A DNA stretch of 64,000 bases from Planctomycetaceae bacterium (GCA_046075685.1 JBJTQP010000224.1:310-64309), one strand, 5' to 3'; counted from the first letter of the stretch, positions 1 through 9,358 are shown. Program-made: numbers and translations. The notes: generated by a model from the sequence alone, not told the origin.

Positions 1-621
1 GGCCCGGGGCACCCCCATCTCCGAGTCGGGTGTGTAGGCGGTGCCCTGCCCCGCGGGAATCAACTGGTTGAAGCTGGTGCCGTCGATGTTCGTGTTGTGA
101 CCCACCGGATCGCTGTTGCGGATGTCGATCGGTCGACCGACGCGGCCGACGAACACGGGCGCCAGGAACTCGCAGTTCTTCTGGTCGAAGATCACCACCT
201 GCTCGGCCCCTGCTTCGGCGGTCACCGCTTCCTTGACGCGGCTCGCCTTGCGGACGAAGACCACGACGTCGGCGAGACCCTTGCTGGCGGAGTCCACCCG
301 CAGGGAGCGGTCGAACAGTTTCGCCGCCGCGCCGCAGACCTCGGTGTCCTTGTCGATGACGAGCGGCTTCGGCTGCCCGGCATCACCCGCGAACACGAAC
401 CGCCCCTTGAGCGTGGCCCAGCCCGTGCCCGTGGAGGCTGCGGCTCCGCCCTCGGCGGCCGCCGATGCGGTCCCCGCCGGCGATCCTTGCAGGCTCTCAC
501 GAATCCGCGCCGCCGCAGCCGTGTCCGCGACCGGCGCCGCCACCCGCTGCGGCCCGCAGCCCGTGAACAACGCGGCGACAAGACCGAACGGGGCGGCGGT
601 GCGGCGGAGGGTGGACATCAT
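1..621 (-). CDS. Cupredoxin-like (blue-copper-type) lipoprotein, N-terminal 207 aa only; the 3' end lies outside the window
   Basis: I translated the minus strand from ATG 621 myself; the ORF is missing from the track because it runs off the edge. It reads MMSTLRRTAAPFGLVAALFTGCG (lipobox), then WATLKGRFVFAGD, KNCEFLAPVFVG and IRNSDPVGHNTNI. It is collinear with, and clearly paralogous to, the product of 647..1423. Confidence 0.6.
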   Translation of the reverse strand, partial: MMSTLRRTAAPFGLVAALFTGCGPQRVAAPVADTAAAARIRESLQGSPAGTASAAAEGGAAASTGTGWATLKGRFVFAGDAGQPKPLVIDKDTEVCGAAAKLFDRSLRVDSASKGLADVVVFVRKASRVKEAVTAEAGAEQVVIFDQKNCEFLAPVFVGRVGRPIDIRNSDPVGHNTNIDGTSFNQLIPAGQGTAYTPDSEMGVPRA

Positions 622-646
622 GGCCGGGATTCGCTCTCGCACGGGT

Positions 647-1423
647 TCACTTCTGGAAGACGGCCGCGGGAAGCACGATCTCGCCGAGGTCGGTGCCGGC
701 GGCCGCGACGGCCACCTTCTTGCGGCCCTTCGAGACCTTCTCGGCCTTGCCGCCGATCGTCATCTCACCGAGGTAGCCGGCCTTCTCATGCCAGAACTGC
801 AACTCCACCTCGCCGACCGGCACGTCCTTGATCTCGAAGGTGCCGTCGGCCTTGGAGACGGAGGCGTAGGGATTGGGCCGAACGACCAGCCAGCCCTTCA
901 TCCACGGGTGGATGTTGCAGGTGACCTGGGCCGGCACCGCCTCGTCGCTGGTGAACTTCACCGAGGCGCTGCCGCTGGCGGGGATCAGGTTGTTCGACGG
1001 CGAGTTCTTGACCGTGGCGATGTTGCTGTTGTGGCCCACCGTGTCGGAGTTCTTTACGACCAGTTCCTGGCCCACCTGGACGAACGCCACGTGCGGCTCG
1101 AAGCGGCAGTTCTTGTTGTCGAGCTCGACCTTCGCGGCGGCCGCGGCCTTCGCAGCCTCGGGGTTCACCTTCACGTCCTTGTCACGGACGAACACCACCA
1201 CGTTGGCGATCCCCTTGTCGGCGCCGACGACGAGCTCCTCGGCAAGGAGCTTGTGCTTCCCGCACACCTCGGCGTCCTTGTCGGTCTTGAGCTCCGCCGC
1301 CGTCGGCGCGTCGCCCCCGAACACGAACTTGCCCTTGATCGTCGCCCACTGCTCGGCGGACGCGGGGCCCGCACACAGCGAACTGACGACGGCGACCGAC
1401 AGGATCGACATGAGGCGGGTCAT
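647..1423 (-). CDS. Secreted cupredoxin-like protein with a C-terminal carboxypeptidase-regulatory-like (Ig-like) domain
   Basis: Track ORF 647..1474, with the start moved to the internal Met (MTRLMSILSVAVVSSLCAGPASA signal). It has type-1-copper-like ligand spacing (VGHNSN ... CNIHPWMKGW) and a C-terminal ADGTFEIKDVPVGEVELQFWHEKAGY segment. It lies directly downstream of the multihaem cytochrome gene. Confidence 0.65.
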   Translation of the reverse strand: MTRLMSILSVAVVSSLCAGPASAEQWATIKGKFVFGGDAPTAAELKTDKDAEVCGKHKLLAEELVVGADKGIANVVVFVRDKDVKVNPEAAKAAAAAKVELDNKNCRFEPHVAFVQVGQELVVKNSDTVGHNSNIATVKNSPSNNLIPASGSASVKFTSDEAVPAQVTCNIHPWMKGWLVVRPNPYASVSKADGTFEIKDVPVGEVELQFWHEKAGYLGEMTIGGKAEKVSKGRKKVAVAAAGTDLGEIVLPAAVFQK

Positions 1424-1477
1424 CGAGATGCTCCGGAAGGTGGGACGGGAGGCGGGGCGGACGAACACGACCATGCT

Positions 1478-4400
1478 TCAGTTTAGGACGCCGGCCGCAG
1501 ACGACGACCGCGCCGACGACAAGGGAGCCGGCTCCGCCGCATTCGGCGGCACGGCGGCCCTTCGCGGCGCCAGCGGCTGGGCCGCCGGTCCGGGCTGATC
1601 GGGCTGGGCGGGTGCCGGCTGCTGCCGAAGAAACGCCTCGAGCGAGAGGTTTTTCTTGGCGAAGGCGTCGAAGTGCATCAGCAGATCGGTGAGCGCGTCG
1701 ACCTGCTGCTCGCTGGAGCCCGCGTAGAGGTCCTGGCTCACCGGCTGATTGAACGGAATGTTCACCGGCATGCCCGTGTAGGGGAGGAACCGCTTGGGGT
1801 TGGCGATCCAGCCGTGCACGTAGTCGGGCCGGAGCCGCTCATGCACCCGCTGCAGCTGGGGCGCCAGCGCCTTCACGCTGCCCGCGGGCGTGTAGTCGCC
1901 CACGAGGTGGCACTTCACGCAGTAGTTGTTGTTGGTGACGATCTTCAGGGCGCCTTCGAGGTGCCCCGGGTGGGCCCGCTCCGCGTCGGCCAGCGACGCA
2001 TCGTCGAGCCGCGGATCGTAGACGTAGGGATACTCGGCGCCATCGACTGCGGCGAAGTAGTTGACGAGCGCCGCCGCCTTGGCGGAGTCGAAGTTGAACC
2101 TGGGCATCCGCAGCACCGCCGGCGGCCGGATGGGGTGCGGGTTGAGCAGGAACTTGTGCAGCCACGCCGATTGCACCTTCCCGCCCTCGCCGACGAGCGG
2201 CGGCGGCAGCCACCCCCAGGCGTCGTCCGGCTTGACGTTGGGGTTCACCTGCTTCTCATCGGCGATCACCACCGGGAACAGCAGCCTTGCCAGATCGCCT
2301 CCCCAGCCGGGGTAGTGCCGACCCGCGGCGACGGCATCCTCAGGCACGAGCAGGTTCTGCCCGCCGACCGTCCGCGGCTGCCCGTCGACGACCGCGTCCT
2401 GCCAGAGGGTGAACGGACGATGGACGACCGACTCGGTGTCGCCGGCCTCGATGGGCACGCCATCCTCGTCGACGACCTGGGGCTTGCCGGTTTCGGGATC
2501 GAGCACCGGCGTGCCCACGAGCGTCGCCCGACGGCGGCCCGTCCGGTCGGTGGCCAGCGACGCGGCCACCTGATCCGGCGTCACGTGCGGCGAAAGGAAC
2601 GGGTAGTCGGCAAAGGCCGGCGCCGGGCCGAGGCTCTCCGGCTTGTAGCGGAGATCCCAGCGATCCATCCGCAGCTGGTGGCACCCGCCGCAGTTGTACT
2701 GCTCCGCCACCACGAGCCCGTCGAGCCGGGCCTGCTCGCGCGGCGCCGGCTTGTGAACGTACTGCGGCGCCGGCGGCTCGGCCACCAGCCCCAGCACGAA
2801 GGTCATCACCGCCTCCCGCTGCTTCGCGTCGAACGGGAACTGCGGCATCCGGTACCGCTCGTTGTAGGTCTTGTTCTCGGCCTTCTTGTAGTCGTAGCTC
2901 CGCGGTGCCCGCAGCTTCTGCCAGAGGAAGCCCTCGCGCTCGTGGCCGAGGAGCTTCTCGAGGAAGAAGCCGGTGTCGGGATCGACCGACTCCGGATCGA
3001 CGTGCAGCCCCTCCTCCGCCAGCTCGTAAGCGAGCTTGGGGGAGAGGGCGTCGTCATCATGCCCCGGATCGGTTCCATGGTCGCCGTGAGCCGCCGGGCT
3101 CTCGTGTGCCCCATGCCCGGCATGCCCGGCATGCCCGGCATGCCCACCATGACCATGGGCCATCTGGTGCATCACCAGATGCGACACCTGCTCGAACGCA
3201 ATCCGCGACGGATCCTTCCGGCCCCAGTCGGCGAGCGCCGCGCCCGCCGGCTTGCCGTCCTCGAAGCCGGGGATGTCGTGGCAGGAGTAGCAGGCGAGCT
3301 TGTTGATCGTTTTCTTGCCGACGTACGTGAGCAGCTGGCGGTCGCGATCGGGGCCGGCGAGGCCGGTGAGCATCCGCTCGTCGCCCTGCACGTTCGCCGC
3401 CGCATCGAGGCCCTTGGCCAGCACCTCCGCGGCGCGGGCCACGGTGAACCGCTCCTTCAGGTACATCAGCGCGAGCTCGTCGAGCGCGGCACGCTCCTCG
3501 GCGGTCATCGCGTTGGCCGACGCCATCGTGAACGGCACCTCGCCCCCGAGCGTCTCCACCATCCACTCGGCGGCCGGCTCCCAGTCGCGGCCGGAGCCCA
3601 TCAGGTATTCGGTGGCATCGGCGGCCGGATCGCTGACGGTGCCGTCGGCGAGCGGGACCGGCTCCAGCAGCACGTTGGGCATGATCGTCTTGGGGTGATA
3701 CCGCGACGGCTCGCGGAGCCAGCTGTAGAGCCACTGCCTGCCCTGCGGGTGCGAGGCCGCCTTGGCGCCGATCCGGGAGAGGTTCGGGCCGTGCGTGCTC
3801 GAGGCGTCCGGGAAGTCGTCGTGCTGGTGGCACGCCAGGCAGCCGCGGAGCTGGACGACCTTCCGGCCGCGGGCCGCGTCGGCCCGGGCGGTGATCCCCT
3901 CGTGGGGCGCGACGTACTCGAACGGCGCGCTCGACGCCGTGAGGTAGTGCACCATCGAGCGGATCTCGAGCGGCTCGTACCGCCGCGACTCCTCGAGCTG
4001 CTTGCCGTCGAGGTGGCTCCAGAGCCCGAAGAACCGCGGCATCTTCGTGGACGGCCGGAACTCCTGCGGGTTTCGCAGCCAGGCGTACAGCCAGTCGAAA
4101 CCCAGCTTGCTCGACACGTGCCGCAGGCTGGGGCCCACCTTGGGGAGCGTGCCGGGCGTCTCGGGATCCTTGAGCAGCACCGCCATCTCGTGCGACCGCC
4201 GGGAGAGCCGGGCATCGGCACCGGCCGCGGCGTCACGGTCGATCGCCTCGCGGAGCCGGATCCGCGAGTCGCGGCTGTCGGGGCCGGAGCGGACGTCGGC
4301 CACCCAGCGGGCGAAGGTCTCGCCCATGTCCTTCACGGCCGGATCCGCAGCCAGCGCCTCGGCGGCCTCGTGGAACGTGGGCTCGACCCGCATGTCGGGC

Positions 4401-6121
4401 CCGATCCGCTTCTCGGGGCCGGCCCAGCCGTTGATCTCGTGGCAGCCGTAGCAGCCGTACTGGCGGATCAGGTGATAGCCCTCGACGAGCTGCGGCGCCG
4501 GCGGCTCCGGAAACCTCTCGCTCGGCTCCAGGTCGACCACCTGGTGGTGGCACTTCAGGCAGCTCGACTGCTCGAACCGCTTCGGCAGCATCGGAAAGAT
4601 CCAGTGGTGGTTGTTGAACCAGCCGTGCTCGTCGTGCCACTCATGGGCCTGCTTGGGCGTGTTGGGCGTGTGCGACGCCCACTTGAAGCTCGTGGCGCTC
4701 CCCTGCCCCTGATGGCAGATCGTGCAGCCGAAGTCCTTCATGGGGTGGGGGCTCGAGTCACTCACGAACAGGTCGAGCCGCGGGTGCGACGAGTATGGCT
4801 GGGGCACGCCGCGACGGACGGAGAGGGTCGCCTGCCCGCCCCAGGAGGCCGTGTCGAGCAGCGCGGCCACGGCCGCGGACCGGGCCAGCGCGCGGCCCCC
4901 GTCGACGGCCTCGATCACGTCGCCGGGTTGCAGGCCCGCCACCGCGGCCGGCGACTCCGGCACCACCACGCTGATCGTGGGATCGTCGGCGTCGAACAGG
5001 CCGCGGGCCGCGAGCCGCAGGCCATAGGCCTGCTCCAGGGCGTCGTTGGAGTCGCCGGTGCCCGCCGCAGGCTTCTGGGCGGGCGTGGCCAACGCGACGC
5101 TGATCGTCTGGGCCTCGGGGTAGCCGGGCTCGCTCGGCGCTCCGGGAAGAGACTTGTCCATCCCCTTGTGGCAGGTGGTGCAGCGGTCGAAGCGGGCCAC
5201 GTCGCGGAAGTTGTTGTTGAGCGTCAGCTGCGGCAGCCAGATCTGGTCGATCCTCAGCGGGCTGTTGAAGGCGTCGAGCACGGGGAGTTCGAGCAGGCTC
5301 TTGCCGGCGTTGGGCCGCCGCTGCTCGAGGGTCTTCTGGAGCTGGGCGAGCTTCGCGCGGTGGTCGGCGACGGCCTTGGCGGCGAGATCCTCTCCCTGCG
5401 ACATCCGCCCGAGCAGGGCTTCGAGCTTCTTGCGATGCGTGTTGGCATCCTGGAAGGCGAGGGTGGCATCGGCCACCTCGCCCCGCTTCCGGTCGGCGAC
5501 GACCAGGAATGCCGCCTGCCGGTCGGCCGCCGCCTCGCCGGCCACGGCGAGTTCGTAGTCGGCCCGGCTCTTGTCGAGCTCCGCCCGCCGGAGCTTGAGC
5601 GCACCGGCCCGGCTGTCTTCGCGGAACTTGGCCCGCGCGACGATGTCGCGCAGCCTGGCGAGCAGGTCGCCCCGGAGCACGAGCCGCTCGCCGGCATCCT
5701 GCTGCGTGGCAAGCTGGTCGACGTCGCTGGCCGCCAGATCGGCCGCCTGCCGATCCTCGGCCACCGTGCGAACCTGGTCGAGGAACGCCTGGGCGACGGC
5801 CGGATCGAGCGGGGCCCGGCGGGCGTCGGCCAGCGCCGCCTCGAGCTCGTCGCGCCGCTGCTCGTAGGCCTTGGAATCCTGCTCGTCGACCCGCGCCGCG
5901 GCCGTCCAGGTCTCCAGATCGCGAAACTCCCGGGCGTACTTCTTCCAGGGCCGGTTGTGGTCGGCCGTGAGCATCAGGACCGTCGCGACGAGCAGCGCCA
6001 CGGCCGTCGCCGCGAACGCGACGTGCAGGATCTTGAGGTTCCACCAGGTCTGTTCTGTTGCGGGCATTGCGGTTTCGAGTTCGTTGCGAGTGTGTGCCGC
6101 GGCTTCGACGTCGATCGCCAC
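1478..6121 (-). CDS. Giant membrane-anchored octahaem c-type cytochrome (about 1547 aa) with coiled-coil, PDZ-like and His-rich segments
   Basis: Eight CxxCH motifs are present: CTTCH, CTICH, CLKCH, CYGCH, CLACH, CYSCH, CGGCH and CVKCH. There is an N-terminal TM helix (WWNLKILHVAFAATAVALLVATVLMLT), a long charged helical region, a PDZ-like GLQPGDVIEAVDG segment and the run HGHGGHAGHAGHAGHG. The start is either GTG 6121 or ATG 6067. Confidence 0.85.
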   Translation of the reverse strand: MAIDVEAAAHTRNELETAMPATEQTWWNLKILHVAFAATAVALLVATVLMLTADHNRPWKKYAREFRDLETWTAAARVDEQDSKAYEQRRDELEAALADARRAPLDPAVAQAFLDQVRTVAEDRQAADLAASDVDQLATQQDAGERLVLRGDLLARLRDIVARAKFREDSRAGALKLRRAELDKSRADYELAVAGEAAADRQAAFLVVADRKRGEVADATLAFQDANTHRKKLEALLGRMSQGEDLAAKAVADHRAKLAQLQKTLEQRRPNAGKSLLELPVLDAFNSPLRIDQIWLPQLTLNNNFRDVARFDRCTTCHKGMDKSLPGAPSEPGYPEAQTISVALATPAQKPAAGTGDSNDALEQAYGLRLAARGLFDADDPTISVVVPESPAAVAGLQPGDVIEAVDGGRALARSAAVAALLDTASWGGQATLSVRRGVPQPYSSHPRLDLFVSDSSPHPMKDFGCTICHQGQGSATSFKWASHTPNTPKQAHEWHDEHGWFNNHHWIFPMLPKRFEQSSCLKCHHQVVDLEPSERFPEPPAPQLVEGYHLIRQYGCYGCHEINGWAGPEKRIGPDMRVEPTFHEAAEALAADPAVKDMGETFARWVADVRSGPDSRDSRIRLREAIDRDAAAGADARLSRRSHEMAVLLKDPETPGTLPKVGPSLRHVSSKLGFDWLYAWLRNPQEFRPSTKMPRFFGLWSHLDGKQLEESRRYEPLEIRSMVHYLTASSAPFEYVAPHEGITARADAARGRKVVQLRGCLACHQHDDFPDASSTHGPNLSRIGAKAASHPQGRQWLYSWLREPSRYHPKTIMPNVLLEPVPLADGTVSDPAADATEYLMGSGRDWEPAAEWMVETLGGEVPFTMASANAMTAEERAALDELALMYLKERFTVARAAEVLAKGLDAAANVQGDERMLTGLAGPDRDRQLLTYVGKKTINKLACYSCHDIPGFEDGKPAGAALADWGRKDPSRIAFEQVSHLVMHQMAHGHGGHAGHAGHAGHGAHESPAAHGDHGTDPGHDDDALSPKLAYELAEEGLHVDPESVDPDTGFFLEKLLGHEREGFLWQKLRAPRSYDYKKAENKTYNERYRMPQFPFDAKQREAVMTFVLGLVAEPPAPQYVHKPAPREQARLDGLVVAEQYNCGGCHQLRMDRWDLRYKPESLGPAPAFADYPFLSPHVTPDQVAASLATDRTGRRRATLVGTPVLDPETGKPQVVDEDGVPIEAGDTESVVHRPFTLWQDAVVDGQPRTVGGQNLLVPEDAVAAGRHYPGWGGDLARLLFPVVIADEKQVNPNVKPDDAWGWLPPPLVGEGGKVQSAWLHKFLLNPHPIRPPAVLRMPRFNFDSAKAAALVNYFAAVDGAEYPYVYDPRLDDASLADAERAHPGHLEGALKIVTNNNYCVKCHLVGDYTPAGSVKALAPQLQRVHERLRPDYVHGWIANPKRFLPYTGMPVNIPFNQPVSQDLYAGSSEQQVDALTDLLMHFDAFAKKNLSLEAFLRQQPAPAQPDQPGPAAQPLAPRRAAVPPNAAEPAPLSSARSSSAAGVLN
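3112..3145. repeat. In-frame 9-nt tandem repeat (catgcccgg, about 3.7 copies) inside the cytochrome gene
   Basis: Direct reading of catgcccgg catgcccgg catgcccgg catgccc. On the coding (minus) strand it encodes the (HAG)n stretch. Confidence 0.9.
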
Positions 6122-6146
6122 GCCGACCGGCGCGGCCGGCGCAGAC

Positions 6147-7472
6147 TCAGAAGTTCAGGGAGATCTCGGGCATGCTGATGATGTACTTCAGGTTGAAGCT
6201 CCAGCGGAGGATCATCTTGATCGGCAGCGTGAGCATCAGGAGCATCAGGTTGGCCATGATCATGTAGCGGACCAGGCCCATCTTCGCGAAGTAGCCGCGA
6301 AACACGGTGACCGCGAGCAGCGGCGGCAGGATCAGCAGGTAGGCGCCCATCAGGAGCAGGCCCGGCGCCTCGCGGAGCAGGATCGTGCCCGCCTGCACGA
6401 GGCCGCTCGCCCCGGCAGGCGCCCTGGGCAGCGGCCGGTCGAGCAGGTTCACCCAGAACATCTGCGGCAGATCGACGTTGTTGAGCACCTCGACCTTGTA
6501 GGGCGTCCAGTACTCGAACGGCCCAAAGAAGTTCCAGTTGGGTCCGCGGAGGAAGGTGCCCAGGATGATCAGCGTGATCCAGAGCACGAAGAACCCGAAC
6601 TGGTAGGTCAGGTAGGCGAACTTCCGCTCTTCGATCGAGTAGTAGCCGTTCCCCTTCTTGTTGAAGTCGAGATACGGCATCGCCATCAGCCCGAAGATCA
6701 CCAGGCTCGGCAGCACCACGCCCGCGTACCAGGGGTCGAAGTAGACGAGCATCTCCTGGAGGCCGAGGAAGTACCACGGGGCCTTCGACGGGTTGGGGGT
6801 CTTCACGCTGCTGGCCGGCTCCTCCAGCGGAGCCTGGAGGACGATCGCCCAGACCAGGAGGAAGGCCGACACGGCCACCATGCAGATCAGTTCGGTGTAG
6901 ACCAGATCGGGCCAGACGAGCACCTTCTCGTCGGCGAGTTTCTCCATCGGCGGCTCGCCGCGGGCGATCCGCTCGTCGTTGACCACGGCCTGCTTCGTGG
7001 CCAGCCAGGTGAAGAAGGCGAGCAGGAACACGAGCCCCACGATCGGCACGTTGTCGGGCTTCATCACGATCGAGGCAAAGTTCTCGTCGGCCATCGACAG
7101 CCCCATCAGCACGAGCATCGCGTTGAGGATCGTCCAGGCGACCATCGGGCGGACGAAGAACTTCCGAAACACGAACAGCACCGTCAGCAGAGCCACGGTG
7201 CCGAGCGTGTAGAGCACCGGACCCGACAGGCTGTTGACCAGCCCGCGAACCGCCGCGGGCAGGGCCGGCACCACGCTCGCCGAGCCGGAGAGGGCGAGGC
7301 TCGCCAGCACCATCATGGCCACCGCGACGGCCGTCCACGTCAGCGCCCAGCCGAACTGCCCCTTTTTCCGCCAGAGCAGCAGGGCCGCGATCCCGTTCAT
7401 GATCGCGATGGCGGTGTAGTAGCCCCCGAGGAAGCCGGCGACGTCCTTGAGAAAAAAGCCGTTGGAATGCAT
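6147..7472 (-). CDS. Cytochrome b C-terminal / subunit-IV-like membrane protein with extra N- and C-terminal transmembrane extensions (441 aa)
   Basis: It is polytopic and hydrophobic throughout. The central segment PNPSKAPWYFLGLQEMLVYF is the PEWY-type Qo motif of cytochrome b C-terminal domain / b6f subunit IV. It lies 9 nt downstream of the cytochrome b N-terminal gene. Confidence 0.8.
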   Translation of the reverse strand: MHSNGFFLKDVAGFLGGYYTAIAIMNGIAALLLWRKKGQFGWALTWTAVAVAMMVLASLALSGSASVVPALPAAVRGLVNSLSGPVLYTLGTVALLTVLFVFRKFFVRPMVAWTILNAMLVLMGLSMADENFASIVMKPDNVPIVGLVFLLAFFTWLATKQAVVNDERIARGEPPMEKLADEKVLVWPDLVYTELICMVAVSAFLLVWAIVLQAPLEEPASSVKTPNPSKAPWYFLGLQEMLVYFDPWYAGVVLPSLVIFGLMAMPYLDFNKKGNGYYSIEERKFAYLTYQFGFFVLWITLIILGTFLRGPNWNFFGPFEYWTPYKVEVLNNVDLPQMFWVNLLDRPLPRAPAGASGLVQAGTILLREAPGLLLMGAYLLILPPLLAVTVFRGYFAKMGLVRYMIMANLMLLMLTLPIKMILRWSFNLKYIISMPEISLNF

Positions 7473-7481
7473 GGGGATGTG

Positions 7482-8255
7482 TCAGAGCGGCCCGCTGATG
7501 CCGCCGTCCTTTCGCACGCGCCAGAAGTGGATCGCCAGCAGGAGCGCGACGGCCAGCGGAATCGCGATGCAGTGCAGCACGTAGAAGCGGTTGAGCGTCT
7601 CCTCGCCCACGAAACGCGCCCCCAGCAGCCCGAAGCGGGCGTCGGACGCGTCGGTGATCATGTCGATGCCGCCCACCGTGAGCAGCTGCTGGCCCGGCCC
7701 CTCGTAGCCGAGGAACGGCGTGGCGCGGGCCATGTTGGAGCCCACCGTGATGGCCCAGATGGCGAGCTGATCCCAGGGCAGCAGGTAGCCGGTGAACGAG
7801 AGCAGCAGCGTGAGCAGCAGCAGGATCACTCCCACCACCCAGTTGAACTCCCGGGGCGGCTTGTAGCTGCCCGTGAGGAACACGCGGTACATGTGCAGCC
7901 ACGTGGTGATCACCATCGCGTGGGCGCCCCAGCGGTGCAGCTCGCGGAGGATGCCCAGGCTGGTGACGTCGCGGAGCGCGAGGATGTCGTTGTAGGCCCA
8001 CTCCAGCGTCGGCCGGTAGTAGAACATCAGGAGCACGCCCGTGACCGTCTCCACGAGGAACAGGAAGAAGGTCACGCCGCCCATGCACCAGGTGAACGAC
8101 AGGGCGATGCCCTGCTTCTTGATCGACACCGGGTGCAGGTGGAGGAAGAAGTTGGTGAGCATCACCACGATCCGATTCCGCCGGTCGAGCGGCATCGGGT
8201 GGCGGAAGATGCTCTTCCAGATCTGGGAGTTGCGGATGGTCTCGCCGATGGCCAT
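7482..8255 (-). CDS. Cytochrome b, N-terminal (b6-like) haem-binding subunit (257 aa)
   Basis: Track ORF 7482..9431 trimmed to ATG 8255 ([20 protein letters not shown]). Conserved His pairs occur in TM helices ([18 protein letters not shown] and [22 protein letters not shown]), along with a PWDQ motif. The upstream part of the track ORF overlaps the Rieske CDS in another frame. Confidence 0.85.
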   Translation of the reverse strand: MAIGETIRNSQIWKSIFRHPMPLDRRNRIVVMLTNFFLHLHPVSIKKQGIALSFTWCMGGVTFFLFLVETVTGVLLMFYYRPTLEWAYNDILALRDVTSLGILRELHRWGAHAMVITTWLHMYRVFLTGSYKPPREFNWVVGVILLLLTLLLSFTGYLLPWDQLAIWAITVGSNMARATPFLGYEGPGQQLLTVGGIDMITDASDARFGLLGARFVGEETLNRFYVLHCIAIPLAVALLLAIHFWRVRKDGGISGPL

Positions 8256-8275
8256 ATCTGGTCGCGGTCCCTTCG

Positions 8276-9358
8276 TCAGACGGTCACGTACGATTCGGGG
8301 TCGGCCCACTGGCCGAGCTCTTCCTGGAACGTCCTGCTCTTGTCGATCTCGAGCTGGCCGTCGTCGGCGATGCGGATCGCATACCGCTCGAGCGGCCGGG
8401 GCGCCGGCCCCTCGAAGTTGACGCCGTCCTTGTAGAAGCCGCTCCCGTGGCAGGGGCACTTGAACTTCTGCTCCGCCTCGAGCCAGCTCGGGGTGCAACC
8501 GAGGTGCGTGCAGACGGTCTTGAGGGCGTAGATCTGCTGCTGCCCCTGGAAGTCGCCGTTCACGACCCAGACGCCGTACTGCGGCACGAACTTGGTCTCC
8601 ACCTTGCCGGCCGGGAAGCCGTCCTTGAAGCCCACCTTGAACTTGCTGGGCGGCTCGGCGAGCACGTTGGGAAACAGGAAACGGGCCAGCCCGAGCGAGA
8701 AGAGCCCGCCGGTGACCGACAGGGCCGTGAAGCCCATCGCCATCGCGGACCCGAGCGCGATCTCGAGAAACCCTCGGCGATCCTCCTCGGCTTCGCCCTT
8801 CTTGGCCGGCTTGACCGGCTTGGGCGGCACGGTGGCCACCGTCCGCGGCGGGGCAGCCCGCTCCTCGGCCGGCTTCGCATCCCGTGGCTTCGGCGCCGGC
8901 CGCGCTGGCGCATCCGACTTGCTCACCGGGCCCGGTTTCGCGCCGGCCCGGGCGGCGGCCAGAATGCTTGCGGTGTCGCGCTGCACGCCCGTCTTCGGGG
9001 CCCCGACGGCCACAGGTTTGGCAGCGGGCTTCGCGGCCGCAGCCTTCGCCGCCGGCGCCGCCTTGGCCGCCGCAGCAGGCTTTGCAGCCGGTGCGGCCAC
9101 ATCTCCGCCGGCCTCTTTCTTCGCGCGGGCCATGGCGAGGATTTCCGAGACGCTGGGCCGAGCCCCGCCGGAACTCGCCGCGGCTCCCGCCGCAGCAGCC
9201 TTGGGGGCGGGCTTCGCCGCCGGCGTTTCCACCGCGGCGGGCTCGGCCGCTCCCGTATCGACAGCCTCGGCTGGCGGCGGGGTCGCCCCGCCCTTGCCAT
9301 CCTTTGCCCTGGCCGCCGCGAGGATCTCGGCCACCGACATCTTCTTGTTGTCTGCCAT
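8276..9358 (-). CDS. Rieske [2Fe-2S] subunit of a cytochrome bc-type complex, with a 190-aa Ala/Pro/Lys-rich N-terminal extension
   Basis: The Rieske boxes CTHLGC and CPCHGS are present. A twin-arginine motif ([15 protein letters not shown]) precedes a TM helix at about aa 193. The gene is first in the Rieske, cyt b, subunit IV-like, multihaem cyt c series. Confidence 0.85.
   Translation of the reverse strand: MADNKKMSVAEILAAARAKDGKGGATPPPAEAVDTGAAEPAAVETPAAKPAPKAAAAGAAASSGGARPSVSEILAMARAKKEAGGDVAAPAAKPAAAAKAAPAAKAAAAKPAAKPVAVGAPKTGVQRDTASILAAARAGAKPGPVSKSDAPARPAPKPRDAKPAEERAAPPRTVATVPPKPVKPAKKGEAEEDRRGFLEIALGSAMAMGFTALSVTGGLFSLGLARFLFPNVLAEPPSKFKVGFKDGFPAGKVETKFVPQYGVWVVNGDFQGQQQIYALKTVCTHLGCTPSWLEAEQKFKCPCHGSGFYKDGVNFEGPAPRPLERYAIRIADDGQLEIDKSRTFQEELGQWADPESYVTV

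Noticed and set aside
1673-6178. 1501-aa plus-strand ORF covering the whole cytochrome locus
   Set aside because: It is antisense to a CDS with eight CxxCH motifs. Its composition is Arg/Gly/Pro/His-rich with no motifs, which is typical of a GC-rich mirror-frame artefact.
5871-8435. 854-aa plus-strand ORF, and the 704-aa minus-strand ORF 5974..8088, across the cytochrome b genes
   Set aside because: Both overlap clearly recognisable cytochrome b N- and C-terminal domain genes in other frames. Their sequences are low-complexity and Arg/Asp/His-rich.
1-9358. Interpreting the respiratory cluster as Alternative Complex III
   Set aside because: ACIII lacks Rieske and cytochrome b subunits and needs a molybdopterin-family ActB-like subunit. 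Here the Rieske boxes and cytochrome b motifs are explicit, and no ActB-like gene is present.
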